Assembly (NCBI RefSeq): GCF_009914755.1
Contig: NC_060937.1
Length of the DNA: 64,000 nt
Direction: 5' to 3' (one strand)
From: the human T2T-CHM13v2.0 reference genome, Homo sapiens
Below are positions 1 through 17,229 of the stretch, in pieces. The notes below the pieces were generated by a model. That model did not search any database, was not told the DNA's origin, and saw only the letters and a list, made by a program, of their open reading frames with translations. Position 1 is the first letter of the stretch, and each line of letters begins with the position of its first letter. Made by a program: the position numbers and the translations under genes.

Positions 1-252
1 CTGGAGTGCAGTGGCACAATCTCAGCTTGCTGCAACCTCCGTCTCCTGGGTTCGAGTGATCCTCATGCTTCGGCCTCCCTAGTAGCTGGGACTACAGCTG
101 TGCACCACCATGCCTGACTAATTTTGTGTTTTTAGTGGAGGCAGGGTTTCACCATGTTGGCCAGGCTGGCCTCAAACTCCTGACCTCAAGTGATCTGCCC
201 GCCTTTCCCTCCCCAAGTGCTGGGATTACAGGCGTGAGCTACCACGCCCGGC
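1..252 (-). mobile_element. Alu (AluS-like), cut by the window start
   Basis: Antisense Alu consensus: ctggagtgcagtggc...gctgggattacaggcgtgagc. Confidence 0.93.
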
Positions 253-269
253 TGAATTTATTCCTTTTA

Positions 270-2535
<2,266 letters not shown>

Positions 2536-2649
2536 TTCTTAAGTCTTCAGATTCTAATTTAAATAGACTTTCTGAAGGCTTGTCTTATCCAGCTTCATAC
2601 CTTGAACATACATTGCGTTGTCTCCTCTTTCTCTAGTGCTTAGAACACT

Positions 2650-3583
2650 ATTTGAGCACCTCTCATCCAAAAGTCAGAAATCCAAAATGCTACACAATCT
2701 GAAACTTTTTGATGCCTGATGCCACAAGTGGAAAATTCCACATCTGATTTCATGTGACAGGCCGTAGTCACATGCAGGTGCATAACACACCGTTGATTCT
2801 GCGTCCTCAAGGGAGAAAAGGTATTCTGGTGATGCTACTGTGCTGCTTAGGACTACCCTGAACACATTTTTTCACAATATTAATTATATACCTTCTTTTT
2901 TTTTTTTGAGACTCAGTCTCGCTCTCATCCCCCAGGCTGGAGTGCAATGGCGCAATCCTGGCTCACTGCAACCTCTACCTCCTGGGTTCAAGCAATTCTT
3001 CTACCTCAGCTTCCTGAGTAGCTGGGATTGCAGGTGTCCACTACCACGCCCGGCTAAGTTTCGTATTTTTAGTACAGATGGGGTTTCACTATGCTGTCTA
3101 GGCTGGCCTTGAACTCCGGACCTCAGGTGATCTGCCTGCCTTGGCCTCCCAAAGTGCTGGGATTACAGGTGTGAGCCACCACACCCGGCTGATATGCTGT
3201 ATTTTTTTACTGTTAAGTACTTAAGTGTAAGAAAATAATTAGTTATTAGTAGCATATAAATTCAGAGTCATGAATGATGGTGATGCCAAACAACCACAGG
3301 TGATTCACAGGAGTGGCAGAGATAGTGACACTTTTGCTTTCTGATGGTTCATTGTACACAAACTTTGTTTTATGCACATAATTATTTAAATATTATATAA
3401 AATTACCTTCAGGCAATGTGTATATGGTGTATATGAAACATAAAATGAATCCTGTGTTTAAATTGGATCTCATCCCCAAGATATCTCATTATATATGGGC
3501 AAATATTCCACAATATCCTGAAAAATCAGAATTTCAAAACACCTCTCATCCCATGCATTTCAGATAAGGGATACTCGGTCTGT
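2650..3583. mobile_element. TcMar-Tigger DNA transposon (Tigger4/MER46-like) containing an antisense Alu at ~2893-3190
   Basis: Begins aaatccaaaatgct...tctgaaactttttga and ends tttcagataagggatactc..ctgta. Confidence 0.7.
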
Positions 3584-4529
3584 ATTGTAACCATTCATTT
3601 AATCTGACTACTTCCCTTGGATCATTACTGACACTAGTGAACAACTCTTTTTCATCTCCTTTGTATCTTTTACTAAAAAAATGTGTGGATGGAGAGATAA
3701 ATTTGCCATGTAAACCACATAGCACTATTATATTATGTTGTAATTATATTAGGTGATTTTCAAGAGGAGGTTGCCTTTTTTATAATCAGATGTCATTTAT
3801 AATTTATTTGGTATTATTTTTCTCCATTGCACATTTCTTTCTAATAATCTACTTTTATAAAGTAAAAAACATATATTACTTGGAGTAGGGGAGAAGACTG
3901 ATTGAATATTAGAATTTTTTTAGTTCACAGAGAAGAAATTGTCATATACCACCTTGGGCATTTTTAAATAAGAGAAAGTGGTGGATATTAAGGAGGTGAA
4001 TGGGTAAATCTTTAGTTTAAATTATTTTCTTTCCCACCACTCTCTTTCTTAGTAGGGGGTTCAATTCTAGGATGTAATTCTTAAACAGTAGATATAATAG
4101 AATGTGTTATACCCTTGGATTGACCATCTGGTTAAATCAATAACCCTGCCCATGAAAGTGTCTAATAGACTATTCTGATTCCAATTTTGTTTTATTTTTA
4201 TGTCCTTAACTTCGTCTTTCTTTCAGAAACCATTCAGACAGTGAATATTAAGTACAGATCCTCTTAATGTCTTTTTCATATAATGAGTACTCATGGTGCT
4301 TTACTAGATATATGCTGTAAAACTGATTGTTACAAAACAAATTTTTTTCCAGAAAAATAATGTTGTAATTGTGATTTCTTTTCCCAAGTAAGGATTTGGC
4401 ATAAAATATGTTGTAAAAACGAAGATAAAGCAATGTTACGTTTTAGTAATAATTTAAAATAATAAAGTATTAAATTGACTTAAATTAATTGATTTTATAA
4501 AGGCTTATTAATTTGTTCACTTAAACTGT

Positions 4530-5790
4530 CTTACTACCGAAGTCTCCAGTGCTATCACCTCTGCCCTTCCTTTTAGTATATGACCTCATTGCCACTTTCA
4601 GAAAAAAAATGAACATATCAAAATCGGAACTCCCCCAGCTTTTTGCCTCTGAACCAACTTCTTTCCATCTGTATTCGTTCCTTTATCTGTCTTTTCTTCC
4701 TATTACGATGGAATAGACGTTTCTCCTTCAAGCCAGAGAGCAAAGACCCTGAAAGCTTGTTCTCTGGATTTTTTTCTCCTCTCCTATATTGTTAGCTCTT
4801 TTTCTCTGGGTCCTTTCTGTCAGTGCTTATCATAATCAAGTCTCTTCCATCTTAAGAAATAATAACTCTAACCTCGTGTATTACTCCAGCACCTGCCTTA
4901 TTTTTCGCCTTCAAAGAATTGCTTACATATGTTGTCTTAGTTTACGTATGTCTCATTCACCCCTCAGCCTTCTGCAATATAGACCCTGCCACCACATCGC
5001 TGCAACCATTTTTGCCTACTCCACTATCCATTGTTGACTTAATCATTGCTAAATTCAGTAGATACTTTACAATTCTTACCTCACTAGACCTCTCTGCAGA
5101 TTTTTGTACTATTTGCTATTCTGCCCTTTTTGAAAATCTTTTTCTTGGCAGTCCTTCTCTTTGCTCTCGTTGAACCTACTCTTGTGGCTTCGATCACTGT
5201 GTCATGCTGATTCCGGTAAATCTGTGTCTTCAGCTTGCTCTTGAGCTTTAGTGTTTATTCTGCTTGCCAGCAGCTATGCCCACTTAGATGTCTCACTGGT
5301 CCCCAAAACTCAGCCTACACAGAATGGAGCTATCACCTACCTGTTCCCTCAAAACTTTTCCTCCTACCTGGTTTTTAATTTCAGTGAATAATGCTGTCAT
5401 TACTTTGTAGCCTGTGGCAGAAATCATTGTCTTTAACTTCTTCTTCCTTACCCACAGTAGTCAATCATGAAGGACCCTACTTCTTATCTGTCTGTTCTCT
5501 ATAGTAACCACCATTCTGCAATAGCCATCATCATCTCTCACTGAATAATTTTAATACTAATTACTTGTAACTGTTCTGTCTGCCTCCTTTCCTTATTTAC
5601 TCCCACTAAGCATTCACAAGGCAGCCAAAGATACATTTTCCAGATAAAATATAATTGATATTCTCTTGCTTAACAACAACAACAACAACAACAACAACAG
5701 ACCTTTAAAGGTGCCCTTCTTGTTGTTCTTGGCATGAAAAGACTTGTGTTGTGGTTCTTGATTTTATCCCCAGCCTCATCTCTAGTTGTA
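4530..5790. mobile_element. Degraded L2 fragment(s)
   Basis: L2-like pyrimidine-rich sequence such as gacctctctgcagatttttg and cacttagatgtctc. Confidence 0.55.
5672..5699 (+). repeat. (AAC)n microsatellite
   Basis: About 9 tandem AAC units. Confidence 0.9.
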
Positions 5791-5856
5791 TACAGTATCC
5801 AGTCTCCCTCAAATGCTTTTTCTCTTTCCTCGTGTGACTGCACCTCTCTTAACTAA

Positions 5857-5910
5857 TACACAAACATACACACACACACACACACACACATACACACATA
5901 CACACACACA
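5857..5910 (+). repeat. Imperfect (CA)n microsatellite
   Basis: Seen directly in the sequence. Confidence 0.9.
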
Positions 5911-6268
5911 ATCAAGTGATCAGAGTGTGATCCTGGAACCCCCTGGGTGTCTACAAGATCCTTTCAGAGGGTCTGTAAGGTCAACACTATTTTTGTAATA
6001 ATACTATGATATTGTTTGCTTTTTCATTCTCATTCTAATGAGTGCCTAGTGGATTTCTTTCAGAGATGATCCAACATGTGATGATGCTATTCCGTTGCTC
6101 TGGTGGCTAGTGGATATAAACTTCTGTAGTTTTAAAAGTTCCCATTTTAAAATTTGTATAGGATATAATATTGATAGATATAATAAACCAAAGCTTGTCA
6201 GGGTCCACAGTAATTTTCAAGAGAATAAAGGGGTTCTGGGACCAAAAGGTTTGAGAACAGCCATTTAG

Positions 6269-6600
<332 letters not shown>

Positions 6601-7297
6601 TCTGAGGAGTCTTTGCTTGGGTCCTCCACCAAGTCCCCTTTGAGTAACCTTTTCTGTTGCACTTGCCATATCATAGCACTTATCATATTGTATTATGGTG
6701 TGTTACTTATCTTTTTAAGCCGGTAGACACAGAAAACTCTCTAAAAGAAGGAACTTGTTGTATCCTCAGTACCTAGCACAGTTCTGGGTACATAGTAAGT
6801 GTTCAGTAAACATGTTGCGTGAGTGTCTTTGAAAGTCTTTGGAGATGACCTAAATTATTTATTATCAAATTATGATTACTATAACATGTTTTAAATTATA
6901 ACCATTTTGTGTCTTAGGGACACATTCATTTCTTAACTTTTCTGACCCACTAATATCTGAATAGGTTTGAGAAAGCAGGTTTTATTTTATATGTGTGTGT
7001 TATGTTCATATATTAGAGCAGAAGGAATCTATTACTGGAAGTCAGAAGCTCTGTATCTCAATCTGTGTCTTCCACAAGTAACTGTGGAACCTTGGAAAAG
7101 TCTTTTTATTCCTTTGAAGCTAACTTCCCTCATCAAATAATGGGACTGGACTAGGTTGTCTGAAAAGTTTTTCCTTGTACGACATTGTATGATTATATTG
7201 AATAATGTCAAATGTGTATTAAACGTGATTTATATTTATTTATATTTTACTTTATAAAAATGCACATAAATATAGATTTATCTATATATTAAAATAA

Positions 7298-7423
<126 letters not shown>

Positions 7424-8839
7424 TGACTTATGAGTACCAACTATATAAGGCTCTGTATTGTATTTGTCATATTAATTGAAAGTTAGTGAATATTTTTATA
7501 TCAACTATATGTAGAAAAATATTATTTATTAAGGAGAAGTAAAGGGGTCATGTAGTTCTGTCTATATAAACTCTTTATTTGGGGTAAAGTAAATTTCAGT
7601 TGTTTATATAAATACATGTTTTCCCAATACCTGTCACTAATAGTAGAGGATCCAGTTATTTCATTGAGAGCAGTAAAAGTGGCATGTTAGTCCATAGAAA
7701 ATTAATATTTTTATTTTAATAGAATGAGACTAATGTCATTAGTTATGTCAAATTAAAATGAGGTTGTATTATTTGATTTTCATTGCTTGTATCTGTTCAT
7801 TTGAGTATGTAAACATTTATGCCCTTTTATTTTGGAAGCATAGTTTTCCATATTGTGATTAGAATCTCATTTTGATTCCAAAGGGAAGTAGTCTTTGGGT
7901 TAATGCATTAATAGTTATCCATACATTTAAACTGAGTGTTACTTTTTGAGATTTTTCTTCAGTTTTTACTGTTATAAAACTGTGGGTCCAAATGTGTCTT
8001 TTCTGGCTTTACACAGAATATTCTAGGATATATATTATAATCTTTGCTTTTGTTGCTCTCAGCCCTTCTATTATATTTACCCATAATAGTCTATTATGAC
8101 CTGGAAATGTTAAACAATTTTGCAAGTTTACTAAGATTCTGTACCAATGAGTCTTCAACTCAAGTAGATAAAAATAATTTACACTATGTTGAGGAAAAAG
8201 ACTCATAAATCTAAGAGTAGCATGTCAAGCACTGTGATAGAAGTATATGGGAATGGAGAAGGGTGTACATCTAAACTAAAGTAGAAAATCAAGGAAAGTT
8301 CCAGGTTTGGGAACGAATGTAAGAATTACTTTCATGAGGGAAGAATAGGGGTGAGATGGAGGATATTGTTAACCAAAGGTAGACCATGCTGAAAGATGTA
8401 GTTCATTTAATTGATACTTTTTTAATACTTTTCAATCTTGAGACCAGGTGTCTGTATGTTAACTGTCAGTTATTCAACATCTATTCTGTATATACTCGTC
8501 AGTTTTAAAGAGTTAAAAGCCATTAAACTATGGTCAGTGGTGTTAGAAGTCAGGATGTTGATTACCCTTGGAGGGAATACAGAGCTTCAGGGTGCTAGTA
8601 ATGTTCTCTGATCTTGCACTGGGTCTAGTAACACGGGTTATATATGTGAAAATTCATTGAGCTGTGTACTTATTGTTCACATGCTTTTCTCTTGTTTATT
8701 AGTCTTTAACAAACTTTTTTATTAGAAAAAAAACTCAGTTCAGAAACAGCTATTATCTTTGCATATATCGTGATAACTATAAATGCACTTAAATACAGAA
8801 AGAAGTATGAAAGCCTACTTTTAATGTACTTGATCATGG

Positions 8840-9440
8840 CTCTTCAATCTAAGATGAACAGAAATGTTTAATTTTTATGAAGTCTTACTAATTTTTCCTC
8901 TTATGGCTATTTTCTGTATGTGGCTGAAGAAATCTGTACCCACTGATTGTGAAAATATTTCCCAATATTTTCTTCTAAATGCTTTATAATTTTTTTATTT
9001 CTAGTCTATGATATACTCAATTAATTTTTGTTTGTGGTATGATACAGAGTTTGAATTCCCCCTCCCATGTGAATGTACAGTTGTAGCATCATTTTTGGAA
9101 AACATCCTTTGCCATAGAATTCCTTTGGCACCTTTGCAAAAAAAGAAAGTATACATTTGGACTGTATTTCATTCCATTGTTCTCTCTGTCTAGCCTTATA
9201 CCAATAGATTACTCTACCTTTCTAGCAAGACTTGAAGCCAGGTGGTGTAACGCCACCAGCTTTATTCTTTGTCAGAATTGTTTGGGGTATTTTAGGTTCT
9301 TTAGCATTATCATATAAATTTTTACATCAGCTAATTAGTTTTTTTTTTTTTTAAAAAGCTTGTTGAGATTATAATTTGGATCAATTCGAAGAATAATAGT
9401 ATTGAGACTTTCAAGCCAGCGGAAAGATATACTTTCCATT

Positions 9441-9471
<31 letters not shown>

Positions 9472-10085
9472 TTTTATTTATATAATTACTTAAAAAAAAA
9501 TATATATATATATATATAGTGTAGTATATATCCTGAGATATTTCTGAACTCACTGGTAGGTTTTTGGTGATTGCTTGGGATTTTTTCTACATAATTATGT
9601 CATTTATGAATAGGGATACTTTTACTTTTTTCCATATTTCTGCTTTTGTTTCCTTTTTTTCTTTACCGAGCTGGTTAGGCCATCTCACACAATGTTGAAT
9701 AGTGGTGAGAGCAGTTATCTTTGATTTATTCCCAACTGTGAGGAAAATATTTCCGCTTTCACTGTTCAGTATAATGATAGCTGTGTGTTTTTCATAGGTG
9801 CTATTAATCAAGTTTAGGAAGTTATATTCCTAGATTCTAAGAATTCTTTTCATAAATGATATTGAATTTTATCAAATGCTTTTTTCTGCATAGATAAAAG
9901 CAACCATATAATTCTTTTCTTATTCTGTTAATTTAGTACAAAATATTTTCAGTTTTCTTTGTGAAATTTTTCCTTTTATCTATGAGTTATTTCGAATTAT
10001 ATTGCTTAATTTTTAAACGTGAGGTATTTCTAGATAACTTACTGTTACTGATTACTAATTTATTTTCATTGTGGGTCAGAGAAAA
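8840..10085 (-). mobile_element. Old L1 (L1M) fragments
   Basis: Antisense ORF2-like motifs: aatgttgaatagtggtgagag and gaattttatcaaatgctttt. Confidence 0.6.
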
Positions 10086-10864
10086 GAGACCTTGTATTTT
10101 AGAGATACATACTGAAATATTTATAGGTGAAATGATACAATAACTGGAATTTACTTCAGCATAATCCAGGGTTGGCTGGGAGGAGTGGATATTAGTATAA
10201 ATAAATTAAGTTTGTCTGTGAGTGGCTAATGGTACGTAGGGGTTTTTTTTAATATTCTTTTTTATTTAGTTTGGAAATTTGTATAACAAAAAGTTAAGAA
10301 TGAAATAATTCCCATGTTTTCTGGCAAGTTTTTATCAGGCCTTCCTCCTTTACATTTCTTAATTCTTCCTCGAAGAAGTTGTGCGTCCCCAGCATTCACC
10401 TCCATTAACTCTCTATGATTACACCCAGTTTGTTTCTTTAATATAACACTCATTACAAATGTAATTACGAGGGGGTTCTTTTTATCTGTGTGCCTGGTTA
10501 CTTACTTTGTTATCTGTTCCCCCAACCCTCTAGACTGTAATGCGTTTCTTCCCCAGTTTGTGCTAGGTGTGGTGTATAGTCCTTGCTCTGTAAGTAAGTG
10601 TAGAAGGGAGGGAGGGAGGAAGGAACTCTGAAAATTTCTTCTAAAAGCAAAGAGCATTGCATATCTTCATCTTCATTTTTTTGTAAGTGATTTGTCTTAT
10701 ACATTGTCAAAATTTCCTGTGAGCTGTAATTCCTAGTGTAGACATTTTTCAAACTGCACATGGGTGAATCATCAGTATTCCACAAGGCTGCCTTATAGTT
10801 GTGATGGGGGAGCAGAGGTAAAGCTCTGGACTTGACTTTTCTACTCACCTCTACTTCAACCTAA

Positions 10865-11169
<305 letters not shown>

Positions 11170-11647
11170 AAGCATACCTCAGTTTTTATCAATTTGCAAG
11201 AATTTGGTTGAAAAAGGTTTCACAGGTTTAAATATATTGAAATAATTTTGAAATTGTTTTCCTTATTTTTTTACAGTGATTTCAAGTCAACTGTCACCAT
11301 ACTCATGTTATAAATTAAGAATTTATTTTTTATCTTTGCTATATTATGAAGTTTTAATGTTAGAATGCAATATAGTTTTGTGAATATTAGGCTTTTTAAG
11401 CCCATTTTCTCACCATTATGATATTTATTGAGAAGACACAGTTTGAAGTATTAATTTATTTTTTATATATTTGTACTATAGAAGTTCAAATTAAATGTGA
11501 TACTGTATGTAACAGCTGGAATAAATTAAATTTACAGTAAATTACATAGTCAAAACAGTAATCTTAGAACTCAGAAAATAAGATTTTTTTTTTCTTTTAG
11601 CAGAATTGGGAAAACAGGTGGTTTCTGTAATGGAAACTATTATATGA

Positions 11648-12000
<353 letters not shown>

Positions 12001-12534
12001 TAACTTCTACAGTATTAAAAACTAGGATCTACATGCTCTGGCCTCCAAATAGTGTCATGTAGTGCTGAAGTTCTTTTCGTCACCAAGGAAAGCCTGCATA
12101 CTCTCTCAGCATCACAGCGTCAAACACACAGGAATGCATGAGGGGTGACAACCTTGCCAGACTCTTTGGGCTCTTACCCTGGCTCTGCCACTTTACTAGC
12201 TTGTAGGACCCAAAACAAGTTATTTGATTTCTTTGTGTTTCAGTTTTCCCATTTGTAAAATGGGACAGTGCCTGGCGTGTAGTAGGCATTTAGTAAATGT
12301 TAGCCCTGCTAAGTGCAGCACAGCTCCCAGGTCTTTTGGAGTTTCTTCAATGTAAATATTTACTTCAAGGTAATTGTCCACTGAGACAGTTCCATCACCA
12401 ATCCTCAGTGGCCATTCTCTTTTAATCCCAAAGTGACCTGTCTGTCTCCTAATATGTCTCCCTAAAAACAACAACAACAAAACACCACCACCAACAAAGG
12501 TGTTTTACTTATTCAGTAGTAATAGTTACTTACT

Positions 12535-15003
12535 CTACTGGTTTGCTTTAGTTGCCCTAACAAAATACTACAGGCTGGGTGGCTTAAACAGCAGAAGTTT
12601 GTTTTCTTATAGTTGTGGAGGCTAGAAGCCTTATAGCAAGATGTTGTCAGGGTTAGTTTCCTCTGAGGCCTCTTTCTTTGGCTTGCAGATAGCCTCCTTC
12701 TTCCTGTCTCATCAGATGGTCATTTCAGAGACACTCCTGGTGTCTCTCTGTATGTCCTCATCATCTCTTCTTGGGAGGACGCCAGCCAGATTAGATTAGG
12801 GCCCACTCTAAAGACCTCATTTTAACCTAATTACTTCTTAAAAGGCCTTATCTCCAAATACAGTCATGCATCACTTAATTAGCGGGATATGCTCTGAAAA
12901 AATGCATTATTAGGCGATCTCATTGTTCTGCCATCGCAGAGTGTACTTACACTAACCCAGATGGTAGAACCTAAACACACCAGGCTGTTTGTAGCCTATT
13001 CCTTCTAGGCTACAAACCTATACAGCATGTTGCTATACCGAATACTATAGGCAACTGTAACACAATGCTAAATATTTGTATATCTGAGCATATTAAATAG
13101 AAAAGGCATGGTAAATATGTGGAATAAACATAGAAAAGGTACAGTAAAAATACGGAATAAATGATTAAAAAAATGGCTGTTCTGCCTATGGAGTAGCCAT
13201 TCTTTATTCCTTTACTCTCTTAATAAACTTGCTTTCCCTTTTGTCTATGGATTCGCCCCAAATTCTTTCTTGTTCAAGGTCCCCCCAAAACAAAGATAAA
13301 AAATGGTACACCTGTATGTATAGGGCTGTTAGCATGAATGGGGCTTGCAGGTCTGAACGTTGCTCAGGGTATCAGTGAGTAGTGAATGAATGTGAAGGCC
13401 TAGGACATTAATGTACACTACTGTAGACTATAAGCACTGTACACTTAGGCCACATTCAGGCTACATTCAGTTTATAAAACATATTTTACTTTCTTCAATT
13501 AACCTTAGTTTACTGTAACTTTTTTACATTATAAACTTTTTTTCACTATTGTAATAACACTTAAAATACACATTGTACACCTGTACAAAAAATTTGTATT
13601 CTTATTCTATAAGTTTTTTTCTATTTAAAAAATTTTTTTTTTACTTTTTCAACTTTTAGGTTCAGGGGGCACATGTGTAGGTTTGTTACATGGGTAAATT
13701 GCATGTCACTGAGGTTTGGTGTGGGAATGATCTCATCACCCAGATAAGGAGCACAGTTACCAACAGTTTTTCACCCCTTCCCCCAACCTCACCCTCCCTC
13801 CTCTGGTAGTTCCCAGTATCTATTGTTGCTATCTTTATGTCCATGTTTATCCAATGTTTAGCCCCTACTTTTAAGTGAGAACATGTGGTATTTGGTTTTC
13901 TGTTCCTGTGTTATTTTATTTAGGGTTATGGCCTCCAGCTGCATCTATGTTGCTGCAAAAGACATGATTTTATTCTTTTTTATGGCTGTATATCATTCCG
14001 TGGTGTATATGTACCACATTTTCTCTTGTCCAGTCCACTGTTGCTGGGCATCTAGGTTGATTCCATGCTACTGTGAATAGTGCTGCAATGAACATACAAA
14101 TGCATGTTTCTTTTTGTAAGCTAAGGTACATATACATTAGCCTAGGCCTACACAGGGTCAGGATCATGAATATCATTGTCTTCCACCTCCACATTTTATC
14201 CCACTAGAAAGTCTTCAGGGAGGCCAGGCATGGTGGCTTATGCCTGTAATCACAACAGTTTTGGGAGGCCGAGGTGGACAGATAGATCACTGGAGGCCAG
14301 GAGTTCGAGACCAGCCTGGCCAACATGGCGAAACCTTGTCTCTACCAAAAAAATACAAAAATTAGCTGGGTGTGGTGGTGCATGCCTGTGGAGGCTAAGA
14401 CATGAGAATTGCTTGAATCTGGGAGATGGAGGTTGCAGTGAGCCAAGATCATGCCACTTCACTTCAGCCTGGGCAATATGAGACTGTCTCAAAAAAAAAA
14501 AAAATTCTTTGGGGCAATAACTCACATAGAGCTGCCTCTCCTAGGATAACAGTACCTTTCAGACTACCTCCTGAAGGACCTGCCTGAGGATATTTTACAG
14601 TTAACTTAAAAAAAAAATAAGTCGAAGGGGTACACTCTACAATAGTGATAAAAAGTGTAATGTAATGAAAACATAGCCAGTATTAGAGGCATTTATTATC
14701 ATCAAATATTGTGTGCTGTATATAATGATATTTGCTAGACTTGTATGAGACTGGCAGCGTGATACATGTATGTATACCAGCATCACCACACACACGAGTA
14801 ATGCACGTTGTGCTACAATATTATGAAGGTTGTGTGTCACTAGGTGATAGGAGTTTTTCAACTCCATTATAATCTTATATATGCTGTCTGTTATTGACTG
14901 TGACATCATCATGCAGCATGTGACTGTACGGTCACATTCCAAGGTACTGGGGGTAGGGCTTCAGCATAGGAATTTTAGGGGAACACAGTTCAGTCCATAA
15001 CAC
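12535..15003. mobile_element. MLT1 LTR split by a Tigger3-like element (12861-14926) that contains an LTR fragment, an L1 3' end (~13640-14118) and an Alu (~14222-14503)
   Basis: The MLT1 sequence ends tctccaaata and resumes cggtcacattccaaggtactgggg. Tigger termini cagtca/tgactg are flanked by a TA duplication. Confidence 0.75.
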
Positions 15004-15101
15004 TATTACTCACTACTCTGGCAGTAGTTACTTACCCAGAATGAAGTCTTTACTCTCAGAGATTTGTTGTCTGGTTAATCAGATAGATGAATTTTTTTTA
15101 A

Positions 15102-15426
<325 letters not shown>

Positions 15427-17229
15427 GCTAATTTTTATATTTTTAGTAAATTTTAGTAAAACACAGTAGATTGGTTTTATAAAGAAAGAAGTGATCTTAG
15501 TTCATAGATCAGAAGCCAGAGTAGGTTGTGTGTCCTTCTTTAGTTTAGTTGTGCATTTTGTTAATTTACACAATCATTTATTCGTGTGTTTACCAAATAG
15601 TTAATAAAGGCCTCTGCAGTACCAGGCATTATGCTAGGAGCTGGCCATGCAGCCATGAGAATGAATACATTAGTGCCTGCCGTTGTCAAGTTTGCCACCT
15701 GGTATATATTTAAGACATTTATGTCTCTGGATTGTAAAGACACATAATCCAGACATAATCCATTCCTCTAGGATGTTAGCTCTTGGGAGGTATTGGTATT
15801 AGACCATAGTAGTTACAAGTACTGGCTTTGTGTTTTAAAAGTTAATTTATTAATTGCTGGTTCTACCACTTCCTAGGAATGTAACCTTGAGCAAATTATT
15901 TAACCCCCTTAAACCCCTGTTTTCTCGTTTGTAAAATAGGGGTTATATAAATATTTCATGGGGCTAATTCATGATTAAATGAGATAATACATGTCACATG
16001 CCTAGTACCATACTTGGCATCTGGGAGAAGAGCTTAATCAAATTGTTGCTGCAGTGTTTTTGAATACAGGAGTGAAGTGAAACCTTTCATTGGAGGTAAA
16101 ATTCAGGAGACACTAAGAATAACTTTAAATGTAGGTTTCTAATAATTGTGGAGCTCTTTTGCCAATGCTTTGGAATTTGTTGTTTTTTTATAATTTACAC
16201 CCTGCCAATTACTAGAAAGAATTTGAAATAGCTGTCTAGCTTAGGAGTGTGTTCCAATTTTGAGATAATAGAAAAACACTGAACTAGAATTAAGACTACC
16301 TTAGCACGAGCTTTGGCTCTTTGAGCCAGCTGGGAGATCCAGGATTACCACAAAGTCTAGACTTTCCCTGTCAGGTTATTTGTGTTGTTTATTAATTAGG
16401 GAATGGTCAATTTTAGATATTAGCGTTTAGGTTTCTGAGGATTGGTATATAATTGCTAAAGTCTTATAAGTTTGAAAATTATATTCTAAAAGCAGAAATA
16501 ATATAACCTGAACTTAATCTTGCTTCTGAATAAAATAATTATCACACCAGAGAATAATCTTTAATATGTGACTGAATATTTAATTGATTTATAGTCTTTG
16601 CTGAAGTTTATTTCAAAGCCCCCAATATAGTGTTAACTTTACATTGATTCTTATTTTTGTGGCAGTGTTCTTACAAAAAGCACTGAAGTTACAAGTTTTA
16701 AGATCTTGGTTTTCTCACCTGGCTGTCCAGTATTTGAAGCACATTTGGAAGGCACTGTTGAAACCTGTTTTAACTGATAAAGACATAGTACTGGGCTTCA
16801 TGAGAGGCTTTTTCTTGTTGTTGCAGTTGTTTTTGTTTTTGCTTGGCAGGGTTAGGGGTGCTTTTTTACTGGATGGATTGTTAGGCCACTTTGGTTATCA
16901 TAAGATAAGGAGACAAAATATTTTAAATAAAATAACATCCTTTTATGAGATGAGAAAGCACAAACCCATGAAAATATGCTCTCCTGGATGCTTCTCTCTA
17001 CGTTCTTTGTTATTTTATGAAAAGTTACAAAATTTTAATCAACTTTACTATGTAATTTAAATGCCTGAAATTAGGTGCTGTATCTCACAGGGTTGCTGAA
17101 CTTAATTTTCATATGATAATTGATGTTAATGAATGTTGCATCTTCTAATGTTGCAAATATTCTTTGATATTTTCTAAAAAGGATTACAAACTACAGATTT
17201 GTTTCAAGTTCAATTGTTATGTGATGTCA

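Noticed and set aside
16644-17060. Longest ORF in the track (138 aa)
   Set aside because: It has a TTG start, T-rich low-information composition, and no recognisable domain or splice structure.
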